64,000 bases of DNA from an uncultured Bacteroidales bacterium (GCA_964421355.1 CAYQWX010000003.1:2534-66533); one strand, 5' to 3'; counted from the first letter of the stretch, positions 29,301-38,400 are shown. Numbers and translations are program-made. The notes: a model not told the origin generated them from the letters alone.

Positions 29301-29799
29301 TGTAATAAACTTTGTAAATCAATCAACAGAAGATGCTATCTTATTTATGTGGGACTTTGGAGATGGAGATAGTTCTTTACAAATTAATCCACAACATATT
29401 TACCCCAAAGAACCTGCATCATACGACGTAACTTTATATGTAGAAACGGTGTATGGCTGTAAAGATACAACTTCACATGTAATAGATATAAACGATGTCT
29501 ATGTACTATATGCCCCAACAGCTTTTACTCCTGATAATGATGGGATAAATGAAATATTTTATATTACAGGACACGGAATCACATCAAAAGGATTTAAATT
29601 AACCATATATGATAGATGGGGTGAAAAAATCTGGGAAACAGATAAATATGATCCTGAAAATCCGGCTCGCTATGGGTGGGACGGAATAGCAAAAAACCAC
29701 AAAAAAGCTGAACCGGGAACATATGTATGGTATTGTGAATTTTATGACATATTCGGAAATTTTCAATCTGAAACAGGCACAGTACTTTTAATTAGATAA
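26374..29799 (+). CDS. giant T9SS type-B CTD (CHU_C/gliding-associated) surface protein, paralog 1: CUB-like + proprotein-convertase P-domain + SprB repeats + PKD
   Basis: Signal peptide starts at the ATG at 26374. P-domain-like NIEHSFIGDLTMYIICPNGT...GQWTIRICDNWEIDDG. SprB repeats GGTPPYTYSWN. Two PKD units. C-terminal YAPTAFTPDNDGINEIF...LIR. Confidence 0.8.
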   Translation: MKKNLNKVKRIIFLVAFLTGITYITNAQTYSVTDGGTVNTCNGTLNLGNYTPGQTYVFTLCSDDVSSGNTNMSVTFDSYNINNGTLCVYDGTSTNAPQIGCNAWQSPWAVTASGANASGCLTFEYTGNSTGDNFSGTIHCHFQCQHSELVLDSTNPAFVYEDSAYYVNICEGQQISFNIHGEYSNATYSQSDATSTFTWYWSNDDSIIGQGLTSQTHTFTGHHGYNVRVYMEDAMGCESSTMVNVRVRVSLKPSFNETSLDPTIICPCDPVTLGSDANNDGVANVEEPSWTSMPPLVVSGTTYLPDGSGVCYETSIQVNSFEPGQTLDDINQLNGICMNIEHSFIGDLTMYIICPNGTQVQMEAQTGGGVFLGDANDNSTSPGTGYTYCISPNPTYNGTLGDAANAGHTVGVSQGSAVDPNDTYASYESLSALVGCPLNGQWTIRICDNWEIDDGYIFAWWLDFDPSLYPDVWQYTNNIVSQTWTAPNTGGQILDDNGQGYGAGTYFCENPPNSQTQQPFTLTVVDDYGCTYDTTINVIVRSVTDTQCECYTPPFTIDVVPPPCADSAAKFTYNGGSNPVDASISTFTWDFGPGNVVGGDVNGPGPIWVKFPPGSTNTVSLQVQESYCEPYDTSTTVTTPPTLLTSTSSQDVLCYGDVNGVAMVNANGGTPPYTYSWNNGATMDSLTGLGAGLYSVTVTDSNGCYSTNAVIIHQPDSLKLDVQDNFEVCNGQPLTVTTSTTGGTPPYTYSWNGNDGGPTLNNFPDTSIDYNIVVTDNNGCLAHASTHVQVSPPLRMELFTNKDSICPGDEVVISAAFFGGGGGPYYIYLDNGQVITLPIKMRFNESTQVIIHAKDVCGSEATDTVNIGVYQMPYVTFIADTLEGCQPFTVNFNITAGAEQTHNYIWNFGDRDDINLSLSGNPEHTYFDAGLYDVTLMYTTNKGCKDTVSIPNMILVHKKPVARFIEKPEHATIIDPVINFVNQSTEDAILFMWDFGDGDSSLQINPQHIYPKEPASYDVTLYVETVYGCKDTTSHVIDINDVYVLYAPTAFTPDNDGINEIFYITGHGITSKGFKLTIYDRWGEKIWETDKYDPENPARYGWDGIAKNHKKAEPGTYVWYCEFYDIFGNFQSETGTVLLIR
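28741..29799 (+). repeat. conserved ~353-aa C-terminal module of T9SS paralog 1 (beta-rich region + 2 PKD + type-B CTD)
   Basis: Begins VSPPLRMELF. Collinear with the same-length modules of paralogs 2 and 3. Confidence 0.8.
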
Positions 29800-32700
29800 A
29801 TGAATAAAAAAAAATTATATTATTTTTTAACAATATTTATATTTTTACCCGTATTATCATACTCTCAATTTGATTTACAGGCAGGAGTGAGTGATACTGA
29901 TATTTGCCTTGGTGAATGTGTAAATTTATGGTCTAGTTATAATAACACTAATCAATTAATGGGTAATGATTTTAATAATGGTACCGTAGGTACAGGCTGG
30001 CAATCTAATGCCTCCCCAATGTTCAACAATCCATGTGGTCCCGGACCGGATGGCACAATATATGCATGGATAGGACCTGCAACCGACTTTCCAAGAGAAC
30101 TCGTTACACAACCTTATACTGTAACAACAGCATGTACTATCTGCTTCGACATGAAATATGCAGTGCAAGCAAATAGTAGTCCTTGTGAAGGTCCTGACGA
30201 ACCTACTGAAGGTGTACATTTACAATATTCCACAGATGGAGGTAACACATGGATAGACATAAATTATTGGGATCCTAACGGAGGTTATGATTCTTATCTA
30301 ACCACATGGCATAACTACTGTGAAAATGTACCAATAAATGGCTCAAATGTTCAATTTAGATGGTTTCAAAATGTAACTTCAGGAAATGATTATGATCACT
30401 GGGGAATAGATAATGTATATATTACTTGTCCCAATGACCCTCCAAATATTGTATGGAATGATGGGAACCAAGATTTCTGGTATGATACTGTTCCTCCCAC
30501 ACAATGCCCAACACAATCTACCGATTATACCGTAACTGTATATAATGATTCACAATCAGAAAGTCAAACAGTACATGTTACCGTATATATGCCACCCACA
30601 GCCGACGCAGGACAAAATGATGAAGTTTGCGGATATCAATACACTTTAAGTGCAAATACTCCAAATGTTGGTGTAGGAACATGGTCTTCTACAGAAACTG
30701 GTGTTTCTTTCTCTGACATCAATAATCCTAATGCTACTGTAACAGTTACCTCACCTGGATACCATACTTTTTTATGGACAGTAAACAATGGAGTATGCAG
30801 TGCTTCAGATTCAGTAACTATACTGTTTGATGAACCTCCTGTGGCAAACGCAGGAATAAATGATAATATTTGCGGCTCACACTATACATTAAATGCAACT
30901 CCAAGTGTAGGAATAGGAACTTGGACATCCAATCCTCCATACAATATTCACATATACGATCAACACAATCCAAATTCGGAATTAGATGTATTTACTTATG
31001 GCGATTTTACTTTCACTTGGACAGAAGTAAACGGATTATGTTCAGATGCGGATTCTATAACAGTTCACTTTAAACTAATACCTACTTCGGATTTTTCCGT
31101 AGATTCGTTATGGTGTTATCAAGATGTTATAAACATTACTTATAATGGCAATGCAGACGATACCGCAAACTTTCATTGGTATTTTGACAATGCAACTATT
31201 ATTAATGGTGCGAATGAAGGACCTTATTCCATATATTGGCCCAATCAAGGTAATTATAATATAAGTCTATGGGTAGAGCAAGAAGGTTGTTATTCCGATA
31301 CTACAACTTATTCATTTTTTAACCCTCCGGAATTACAAGCATCATTAAGTCACACAAATGTTACATGCTATGGATATAACAATGCTACAATTACACCAAC
31401 TGTAACAGGAGGTGTACCTCCATATCATTTTAATTGGAATACGGGAAATACAGATACGGCTCTTATAGACATAGGAGCTGGAAATTATAATGTTACCATT
31501 AATGATAGCCATGGATGCGAAGTAGAACTAGCAACAATTATTACAGAACCAGAATCTTTATCTATAGCAATGCCTGCATCCCTTGATGTCTGTAATGGAC
31601 AACCTGTTACAATAAATCCAACCGTAACAGGAGGAACACAACCATATAATTATCAATGGAATAACGGACAAACTAATATTAATCTAAATTTTATTCCTAC
31701 TAATGACACTATAGTTTCAATGTTAGTAACAGACAATAATGGATGCCAAGATAGTGCATCTACATACATAGATGTAAGCGAGCCACTACATATGAATCTT
31801 GTTACAAGTAGAGATAGTGTTTGCAAAGGAGACAATATAACAGTAAATGCCGCATTCTGGGGTGGCTCGGGAGGTCCATATTATATTTATGATAATGAAC
31901 AAAATGTATTAACACTCCCTTTAATAGTAACGATTCAAAATGATACTACTTTTGTCATTCATTCTAGAGATGTTTGTGGATCTATAGCATCAGATACAGC
32001 AAATGTATATATATATCCTATGCCAAATGTTCAATTTATATCTGACACAACAAGCGGCTGTCAACCATTACCTGTAAATTTCACAGTAGTACAAGGAGCT
32101 GAACATTTAACCTCTTACATTTGGAACTTTGGAGATAATGACAATCAAAATCTATCTGTAGGAATAAATCCTTATCATTTATATAATGATTATGGAACAT
32201 TTACCGTGACTTTAATGTACAAAACCGATAAAGGTTGCAAGGATACTGCAAGAATAGAAAATATGATAAATGTTTATAAAAAACCTCATGCAGAATTTAT
32301 AACAAAACCCTCTGCCGCAACTATTATAAATCCAACAATGGATTTTATAAATACTTCTTTAGATAACATTATAAATATATGGAGTTTTGGTGACGGTGAT
32401 AGTAGTATTCAAGTAAACCCGAGGCATATATATGCCCAAATACCTAAAACTTATTTAACCCGGTTAATTGTAGAATCGAATAAAGGGTGTAAAGATACTG
32501 CTACTAAATATGTAGAAATACAAGATGTAAATGTATTCTATGCTCCTACTGCATTTACTCCTGATAACGATGGAATAAATGAAATATTTTATGTAGTTAT
32601 AAGAAATATCGACAATAAACAACCTTTCTATTTAAGCATGTTTGACAGATGGGGTGAACTTATTTGGCAAACTGATAAATACGATCCGGAAAATCCAGCC

Positions 32701-32832
32701 CATTACGGGTGGAATGGAATTATAAAAGGAGATAAACCCGCTCCTCCTGATACTTATGTGTGGCATTGTATGTATTATGACAAAGATGGCAATCAATATC
32801 AAAAGAGTGGAAATATAGTTTTAATAAGATAA
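29800..32832 (+). CDS. giant T9SS type-B CTD surface protein, paralog 2: MAM-like head + Ig-like repeats + SprB repeats + PKD
   Basis: The ATG abuts the paralog-1 stop. Signal peptide. MAM-like segment ~29957-30430. Two ~80-aa repeats (AGxND.CG..YTL.A). GGVPPYHFNWN. CTD YAPTAFTPDNDGINEIF. Confidence 0.8.
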   Translation: MNKKKLYYFLTIFIFLPVLSYSQFDLQAGVSDTDICLGECVNLWSSYNNTNQLMGNDFNNGTVGTGWQSNASPMFNNPCGPGPDGTIYAWIGPATDFPRELVTQPYTVTTACTICFDMKYAVQANSSPCEGPDEPTEGVHLQYSTDGGNTWIDINYWDPNGGYDSYLTTWHNYCENVPINGSNVQFRWFQNVTSGNDYDHWGIDNVYITCPNDPPNIVWNDGNQDFWYDTVPPTQCPTQSTDYTVTVYNDSQSESQTVHVTVYMPPTADAGQNDEVCGYQYTLSANTPNVGVGTWSSTETGVSFSDINNPNATVTVTSPGYHTFLWTVNNGVCSASDSVTILFDEPPVANAGINDNICGSHYTLNATPSVGIGTWTSNPPYNIHIYDQHNPNSELDVFTYGDFTFTWTEVNGLCSDADSITVHFKLIPTSDFSVDSLWCYQDVINITYNGNADDTANFHWYFDNATIINGANEGPYSIYWPNQGNYNISLWVEQEGCYSDTTTYSFFNPPELQASLSHTNVTCYGYNNATITPTVTGGVPPYHFNWNTGNTDTALIDIGAGNYNVTINDSHGCEVELATIITEPESLSIAMPASLDVCNGQPVTINPTVTGGTQPYNYQWNNGQTNINLNFIPTNDTIVSMLVTDNNGCQDSASTYIDVSEPLHMNLVTSRDSVCKGDNITVNAAFWGGSGGPYYIYDNEQNVLTLPLIVTIQNDTTFVIHSRDVCGSIASDTANVYIYPMPNVQFISDTTSGCQPLPVNFTVVQGAEHLTSYIWNFGDNDNQNLSVGINPYHLYNDYGTFTVTLMYKTDKGCKDTARIENMINVYKKPHAEFITKPSAATIINPTMDFINTSLDNIINIWSFGDGDSSIQVNPRHIYAQIPKTYLTRLIVESNKGCKDTATKYVEIQDVNVFYAPTAFTPDNDGINEIFYVVIRNIDNKQPFYLSMFDRWGELIWQTDKYDPENPAHYGWNGIIKGDKPAPPDTYVWHCMYYDKDGNQYQKSGNIVLIR
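31774..32832 (+). repeat. conserved ~353-aa C-terminal module of T9SS paralog 2
   Basis: Begins VSEPLHMNLV. Shares long near-identical DNA runs with 35053-36111, for example 32062-32150 against 35341-35430. Confidence 0.85.
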
Positions 32833-32856
32833 AAACATAAAAAAAGATAAAATAAC

Positions 32857-35800
32857 ATGAAAAAAATACTATATTTTATAATTATAGCCTTTCTTTCTTT
32901 ATCTGCGGTATCACAGGAAATATGTAATAATGGTATAGATGATGACGGAGACGGATTAATTGATTTAAATGATAATGATTGCAATTGCAGCGGATTTGGC
33001 TCATCTTCTACAATCCCATCCTTAATCCCAAATCCAAGCTTTGAACAAATGAACTGCTGTCCTAGTAGTTATAGTCAAATGAGTTGTGCCAGCACATGGG
33101 TTCAAGCTTCTGATGCTACAAGTGACTATATGAATACTTGTGGATTCGTAATGGGAGCAGCTTCTGATGCTGGATTAGTTCCTCCACCTGACGGAAATGG
33201 ATTCGTTGGTGCTATTTATTCAGATGGGTGGCAAGAATATGTGGGAGCTTGCTTATCTACCCCTATGCAAGCAGGAACTTCATACACAATAAAATTCAAC
33301 ATAGCTAGTGCCCCCATTACCGGTTGGGGACAAACATGCAACGGAGGTCAAATAACTTATGGACCTATAGATATTACTATTTATGGTACTCCCACTTGTA
33401 GCGACTTGCCTTTTAGTGGCACTGATTGTCCATCAAATCATGGACAATGGCAAGTATTAGGTTATACAAATTATACTCCCCAAGCCGCATGGTCTGAAAT
33501 AGAAATAACTTTCACACCAAGTTTTGATGTAGCAGCAATTATTATAGGTTCTCCTTGCTCATTACCTTCCAGTTATAGTAGTGGAAGTTGCTACCCATAC
33601 TTCTATTATGACAATCTTATTTTGAATCAAACAGATATATTTGGGTCAATAGATATTACAAGTTCAGGACATTTATGTACCAATAATTTAGTATTATACT
33701 CACACGCTAACCTTCCGGGAACTTGGCAATGGTACCTTAATGGAGTTGCATTAGTAGGTCAAACAGATAGTATATTGAATGTATCTGCATTAGGATTAGG
33801 TAATGGCACCTATCAAGCTCGTTTATCAAACCAATATGGCTGTGATACTGCTGCTTATGTTGTAAATGTTTCTTATCCATCTTTGACTTTAGACAATGTT
33901 ACTAACGTACTATGCTATGGAGGAAACAATGGAGCTATTGACATAACAGAAAGTGGTGGTGTTTCTCCCTTTACATATACATGGACAGGACCTAATGGCT
34001 TTTCTTCTACACAGGAAGATTTAACAAATATATATGCGGGAGATTACCACTTAACACTTACAGATGTAAATGGATGTACTGCAAACTTGGATGCAACGGT
34101 TACGCAACCCGATTCTTTGAGTATGAATTATACAAAAGTAGATGAATTATGCCCTGGTTATTCTGATGGAAGCATAGATATAACTACATCAGGCGGCACA
34201 CAACCTTATACATATTCTTGGACAGGTCCCAATGGTTTTACATCTACAAATGAAGATATAACTGGATTAAGTGCAGGACAGTATTCATTAACAATAACTG
34301 ACGCTAATGGTTGTACATTAAATAGAAACATTCAAATAGTAACATTACATCCTACCCCCACTTCTGATTTTACTATTGATAGCACATGGTGTTATCATGA
34401 TACAGTAGCAGCTATATATACCGGTAATGCCAGTGATTCTGCCAATTTCCACTGGGACTTCGACGGTGCAAATATCTTATCGGGAAGTGGCTCAGGTCCA
34501 ATCAATTTGTATTGGCCCCTTGCAGGTTATTATGATGTATCATTATGGGTAGAAGAATATGGCTGTTATTCTGATACTACAACAGCTCAAATAATGGTTC
34601 CTCAATTACTTGATATAACTATGGGAGGAACTGATTTAAGTTGTTACCATGACGGTAGTGGGAGTGTTTATTGCAATGTAAATGGAGGAATACCTCCTTA
34701 TCAATATGACTGGAACAATGGAACTACAGGAACAGACACATTAAATTATGTTCAAGCCGGAGTATATCAAGTAACAGTAACAGATAGCAGAGGATGTAAA
34801 TGGGAAAACACTTATGTTGTAAACGAGCCTCCATTATTACAAGTATTCTTACCCGACACTGTAGATGTATGTAATGGTCAAAGTGTTACTATTACATCAA
34901 ATGTTATAGGAGGAACAGAGCCTTACACATATACATGGAACGGAACAAGTGGAGAAAATATATTACAAATAACTCCTCTGTCTAGCTATGATTTATGGCT
35001 TGTTGTAAGAGATAGTCATGGATGTACCGACAGTGCAAAAGTATATCTAAATGTGAGTGAACCACTACACATGGAACTATCTGTAAGTAGAGATAGTGTA
35101 TGCCGAGGAGATAAAGTAATATTGAGTGCTAATTACTGGGGAGGAGCAGGACAACCATATTTTATATATGATGATAATGGAGATGTTGTTACTTTACCTC
35201 TTATTTTGCCTATTTGGAATGATACTACTTTTATTATTCACACCAAAGATGTGTGTGGGTCTATAGCATCAGATACAGTACCTGTAAGTATATATCCAAT
35301 GCCATTTGTTAGATTTATTTCCGATACAATAGAAGGCTGCCAACCATTACCTGTAAATTTCACTATAGTACAAGGAGCTGAACATTTAACCTCATATATT
35401 TGGAACTTTGGCGATAATGATAATGAAAACTTATCATTAGGAGCAAATCCTTATCATTTATATAACGATTATGGTGTGTTTACAGTTACTTTAATGTATG
35501 TTACTGATAGAGGATGTAAAGATACTGTAAGTGTACCGGACATGATTATAGTTTATAAAAAACCTAAGGCAGAATTTGTAAATAAGCCTGAAGTAGGAAC
35601 TATTGTTAATCCTACAATAGACTTCATTAATACATCAGAAGACAATATTGCTAACTTTTGGAGTTTTGGAGATGGAGATAGTAGCATACAAGTAAATCCT
35701 AGACATGAATATCCAAGAATAGAAAACATATATCAAGCAATGTTAATAGTAGAAAGCGATAGAGGTTGTAAAGATACTGCAATAAAAGATATTAAAATAA

Positions 35801-36111
35801 AAGATATAGATGTATTCTATGCTCCAACTGCATTTACTCCTGACAATGATGGAATAAATGATAGATTTTATGTTGTGATAAGAAACATAGATACTAAAGA
35901 ACCGTTCTTCTTGGGAGTATATGATAGATGGGGTGAACTTATATGGCAAACTGATAAATATGACCCGGAAAATCCTTCTAAATATTCATGGGACGGAATG
36001 GTTAAAGATGACAAACCTGCTCCTCCTGATGTATATGTATGGAGATGTATTTACAAAAGTTTGAACAATAAAGGTTTTACAAAAACAGGTAAAGTTACAT
36101 TAATAAGATAA
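32857..36111 (+). CDS. giant T9SS type-B CTD surface protein, paralog 3: Cys/Asp-rich motif head + SprB repeats + PKD
   Basis: Signal peptide. CNNGIDDDGDGLIDLNDNDC motif. At least four SprB repeats (GGVSPFTYTW, GGTQPYTYSW, GGIPPYQYDW, GGTEPYTYTW). CTD YAPTAFTPDNDGINDRF. Confidence 0.8.
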   Translation: MKKILYFIIIAFLSLSAVSQEICNNGIDDDGDGLIDLNDNDCNCSGFGSSSTIPSLIPNPSFEQMNCCPSSYSQMSCASTWVQASDATSDYMNTCGFVMGAASDAGLVPPPDGNGFVGAIYSDGWQEYVGACLSTPMQAGTSYTIKFNIASAPITGWGQTCNGGQITYGPIDITIYGTPTCSDLPFSGTDCPSNHGQWQVLGYTNYTPQAAWSEIEITFTPSFDVAAIIIGSPCSLPSSYSSGSCYPYFYYDNLILNQTDIFGSIDITSSGHLCTNNLVLYSHANLPGTWQWYLNGVALVGQTDSILNVSALGLGNGTYQARLSNQYGCDTAAYVVNVSYPSLTLDNVTNVLCYGGNNGAIDITESGGVSPFTYTWTGPNGFSSTQEDLTNIYAGDYHLTLTDVNGCTANLDATVTQPDSLSMNYTKVDELCPGYSDGSIDITTSGGTQPYTYSWTGPNGFTSTNEDITGLSAGQYSLTITDANGCTLNRNIQIVTLHPTPTSDFTIDSTWCYHDTVAAIYTGNASDSANFHWDFDGANILSGSGSGPINLYWPLAGYYDVSLWVEEYGCYSDTTTAQIMVPQLLDITMGGTDLSCYHDGSGSVYCNVNGGIPPYQYDWNNGTTGTDTLNYVQAGVYQVTVTDSRGCKWENTYVVNEPPLLQVFLPDTVDVCNGQSVTITSNVIGGTEPYTYTWNGTSGENILQITPLSSYDLWLVVRDSHGCTDSAKVYLNVSEPLHMELSVSRDSVCRGDKVILSANYWGGAGQPYFIYDDNGDVVTLPLILPIWNDTTFIIHTKDVCGSIASDTVPVSIYPMPFVRFISDTIEGCQPLPVNFTIVQGAEHLTSYIWNFGDNDNENLSLGANPYHLYNDYGVFTVTLMYVTDRGCKDTVSVPDMIIVYKKPKAEFVNKPEVGTIVNPTIDFINTSEDNIANFWSFGDGDSSIQVNPRHEYPRIENIYQAMLIVESDRGCKDTAIKDIKIKDIDVFYAPTAFTPDNDGINDRFYVVIRNIDTKEPFFLGVYDRWGELIWQTDKYDPENPSKYSWDGMVKDDKPAPPDVYVWRCIYKSLNNKGFTKTGKVTLIR
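35053..36111 (+). repeat. conserved ~353-aa C-terminal module of T9SS paralog 3
   Basis: Begins VSEPLHMELS. 1059 nt, the same length as the paralog 2 module. Confidence 0.85.
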
Positions 36112-36185
36112 ACTTCTATTAAAATAATAGACACACAAATTATTACATTAGGAAGCTTTATATCTTATGTAAGAGCATAATATAT

Positions 36186-37988
36186 TTATTTTTTACTTCT
36201 TTTTCTATCTATTTCTTTTAGCAGAATTTTTCTTACTCTTACCGACTTGGGAGTAAGTTCTATATATTCATCATTTTTTATATATTCCATATATTGTTCC
36301 AAAGACATTTTTACAGCAGGAGGTAAATTTACCTTCTCATCTGCACTTGCAGCACGCACATTAGACTGCTTTTTAGCTTTTGTTACATTCACAACAATAT
36401 CTTCTTCTCTTATATGTTCTCCTACCACTTGTCCTTCATATACCATTTCTCCCGGAGAAACAAAAAACTTCCCTCGAGACTGCAATTTATCCAAAGCATA
36501 AGCAAGTACTTTACCCGTTTCCATAGCAATAAGAGAGCCATTTCGTCTTTGAGGCAACTCGCCTTTCCAAGGTTCAAATCCTTTAAACCTGTGGGAAATT
36601 ACAGCTTCCCCCTCTGTTGCCGTTAATATAGGATTAGTTATACCTATTAATCCTCTGGAAGGAATAGTAAATTCTTGCACCAACCTGTCATTTTTCATAA
36701 TAAACTGTAATATCTCTCCCTTACGAGCAGTAACTATATCTATAACCTTACTAGAAAATTCTTCCGGCACCACTACCGTTAATATCTCAATAGGTTCATA
36801 CTTTTTACCATCTATATCTTTTATTACCACCTGAGGTTGTCCTATTTGAAACTCATAACCTTCTCTACGCATAGTTTCTATAAGAATAGACAAATGCAAA
36901 ATACCCCTACCAAATACAAGCCACTTTTCAGGAGAATCTGTTTCTTCTACTCTAAGTGCAAGATTTTTTTCAGTTTCCTTATATAACCTGTCCCTTATTT
37001 GACGAGAGGTTACAAACTGTCCTTCCTTTCCAAAGAAAGGAGAATTATTTATAGTAAAAAGTAAGCTCATAGTAGGTTCATCAATTGTTATTCTTGGAAG
37101 CGGTTCAGGATTATCAATATCTGTAATAGTATCTCCTATATCAAAATCATTTTGCAAGAGTACTGCACATATTTCTCCCGCTTCCACAGGATATTTAACC
37201 TTTTCCTTTGCCAACCCTTCAAAAAGATATAATTCCTTAACTACTGCTTTTTGTATATCTCCATCTTTACGAGTTATTGCCACCGTTTGTCCAGCTTGTA
37301 TAGTCCCTCGTTTTATCCGTCCTACAGCGATCCTACCAACATAGGAAGAATAATCCAGAGAACTTATTTGCAACTGCAAACTTCCTTTTTCCACTTTTGG
37401 AGCAGGGATTTCCTCTATTATGGTATCAAGTAAATAACTTACATCATTTGTGGGGACTTTCCAATCAGGTCCCATCCAGCCCTGCTTAGATGAACCATAT
37501 ACGGTTTTAAAATCAAGCTGCTCTTCGCTGGCATCAAGACTTATCATTAAATCAAATACTGATTCTTGCACCTCATCTGGATTGCAATTAGGTTTATCTA
37601 CCTTATTTATAACTACTACAGGTTTAAGCCCAAGTTCCAATGCTTTTTGTAATACAAACCGTGTTTGCGGCATAGGTCCCTCAAAAGCATCTACAAGCAA
37701 AAGCACACCATCTGCCATATTCAACACCCTTTCTACCTCTCCCCCAAAGTCCGCATGCCCAGGAGTATCAATTATATTTATTTTTACATTTTTATAATGT
37801 ACCGATACATTTTTGGACAAAATAGTAATACCCCTCTCCCTCTCCAAATCATTAGAATCAAGTATTAAGTCATCTACTTCTTGATTCTCCCTAAAAAGCT
37901 TTACTTGATGTAATATTCTATCTACCAAAGTAGTCTTTCCATGATCTACATGTGCTATTATTGCAATATTTCTTATTTCTTTTTTCAT
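36186..37988 (-). CDS. typA: translational GTPase TypA/BipA
   Basis: Motifs AHVDHGKTT, DTPGHADF and NKVD. 600-aa BipA architecture. Confidence 0.95.
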   Translation of the reverse strand: MKKEIRNIAIIAHVDHGKTTLVDRILHQVKLFRENQEVDDLILDSNDLERERGITILSKNVSVHYKNVKINIIDTPGHADFGGEVERVLNMADGVLLLVDAFEGPMPQTRFVLQKALELGLKPVVVINKVDKPNCNPDEVQESVFDLMISLDASEEQLDFKTVYGSSKQGWMGPDWKVPTNDVSYLLDTIIEEIPAPKVEKGSLQLQISSLDYSSYVGRIAVGRIKRGTIQAGQTVAITRKDGDIQKAVVKELYLFEGLAKEKVKYPVEAGEICAVLLQNDFDIGDTITDIDNPEPLPRITIDEPTMSLLFTINNSPFFGKEGQFVTSRQIRDRLYKETEKNLALRVEETDSPEKWLVFGRGILHLSILIETMRREGYEFQIGQPQVVIKDIDGKKYEPIEILTVVVPEEFSSKVIDIVTARKGEILQFIMKNDRLVQEFTIPSRGLIGITNPILTATEGEAVISHRFKGFEPWKGELPQRRNGSLIAMETGKVLAYALDKLQSRGKFFVSPGEMVYEGQVVGEHIREEDIVVNVTKAKKQSNVRAASADEKVNLPPAVKMSLEQYMEYIKNDEYIELTPKSVRVRKILLKEIDRKRSKK

Positions 37989-38020
37989 TATTTACCTATA
38001 TACAATTAAAAACAAGGAGG

Positions 38021-38028
38021 CAAAGATA
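38021..38028 (-). promoter_or_regulatory. Bacteroidota -7 promoter box (TAnnTTTG)
   Basis: TATCTTTG on the minus strand, 32 nt upstream of the typA ATG at 37988. Confidence 0.4.
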
Positions 38029-38187
38029 ATGCTTTAATATTGTTCTTGTAAAAACCTACACAAAAACTATTGTAAATTCAATTTATAAAGCAACAAAAAC
38101 CTCATATTTTTTATATTAATTTATAAAATAAATACCAGAATGTTTCGTTTTAGTAATTGTAAATAAAAATATCAAAAAATAAAGCCT

Positions 38188-38400
38188 ATGATGCAAAATT
38201 ATGATTGGTGGTTACTCATATTATTTGATAATACCGAAGCAACGGAAAATAAAAAAGACATAATCACTCTAAAAGAAAAAGAACTGTACCGTAAATTCTA
38301 TGAGGCACATAAATATTTGCACAACGAGACAAACAAAATAAAATGTAAAAAAGTAAAACAAACATCAATAGAAAAAATTTTATTACATTTAGAGCCTTAA
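38188..38400 (+). CDS. possible small protein (70 aa), unknown function
   Basis: The only ORF in the 430-nt spacer upstream of sufS. No motif and no promoter box seen. May be non-coding. Confidence 0.2.
   Translation: MMQNYDWWLLILFDNTEATENKKDIITLKEKELYRKFYEAHKYLHNETNKIKCKKVKQTSIEKILLHLEP

Noticed and set aside
26374-36111. The visibly higher G+C of the three giant genes might mark a horizontally acquired island.
   Set aside because: There is no flanking tRNA, integrase, direct repeat or mobility gene. The composition shift is explained by Gly/Thr/Pro/Cys/Asp-rich protein content. Flanking genes are core housekeeping genes with normal terminators and promoters.
38014-38020. A perfect AAGGAGG Shine-Dalgarno-like heptamer on the plus strand.
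   Set aside because: The nearest downstream ATG gives a 2-codon ORF (ATG CTT TAA). The sequence lies in the typA leader on the opposite strand, and this genome otherwise shows no SD usage.
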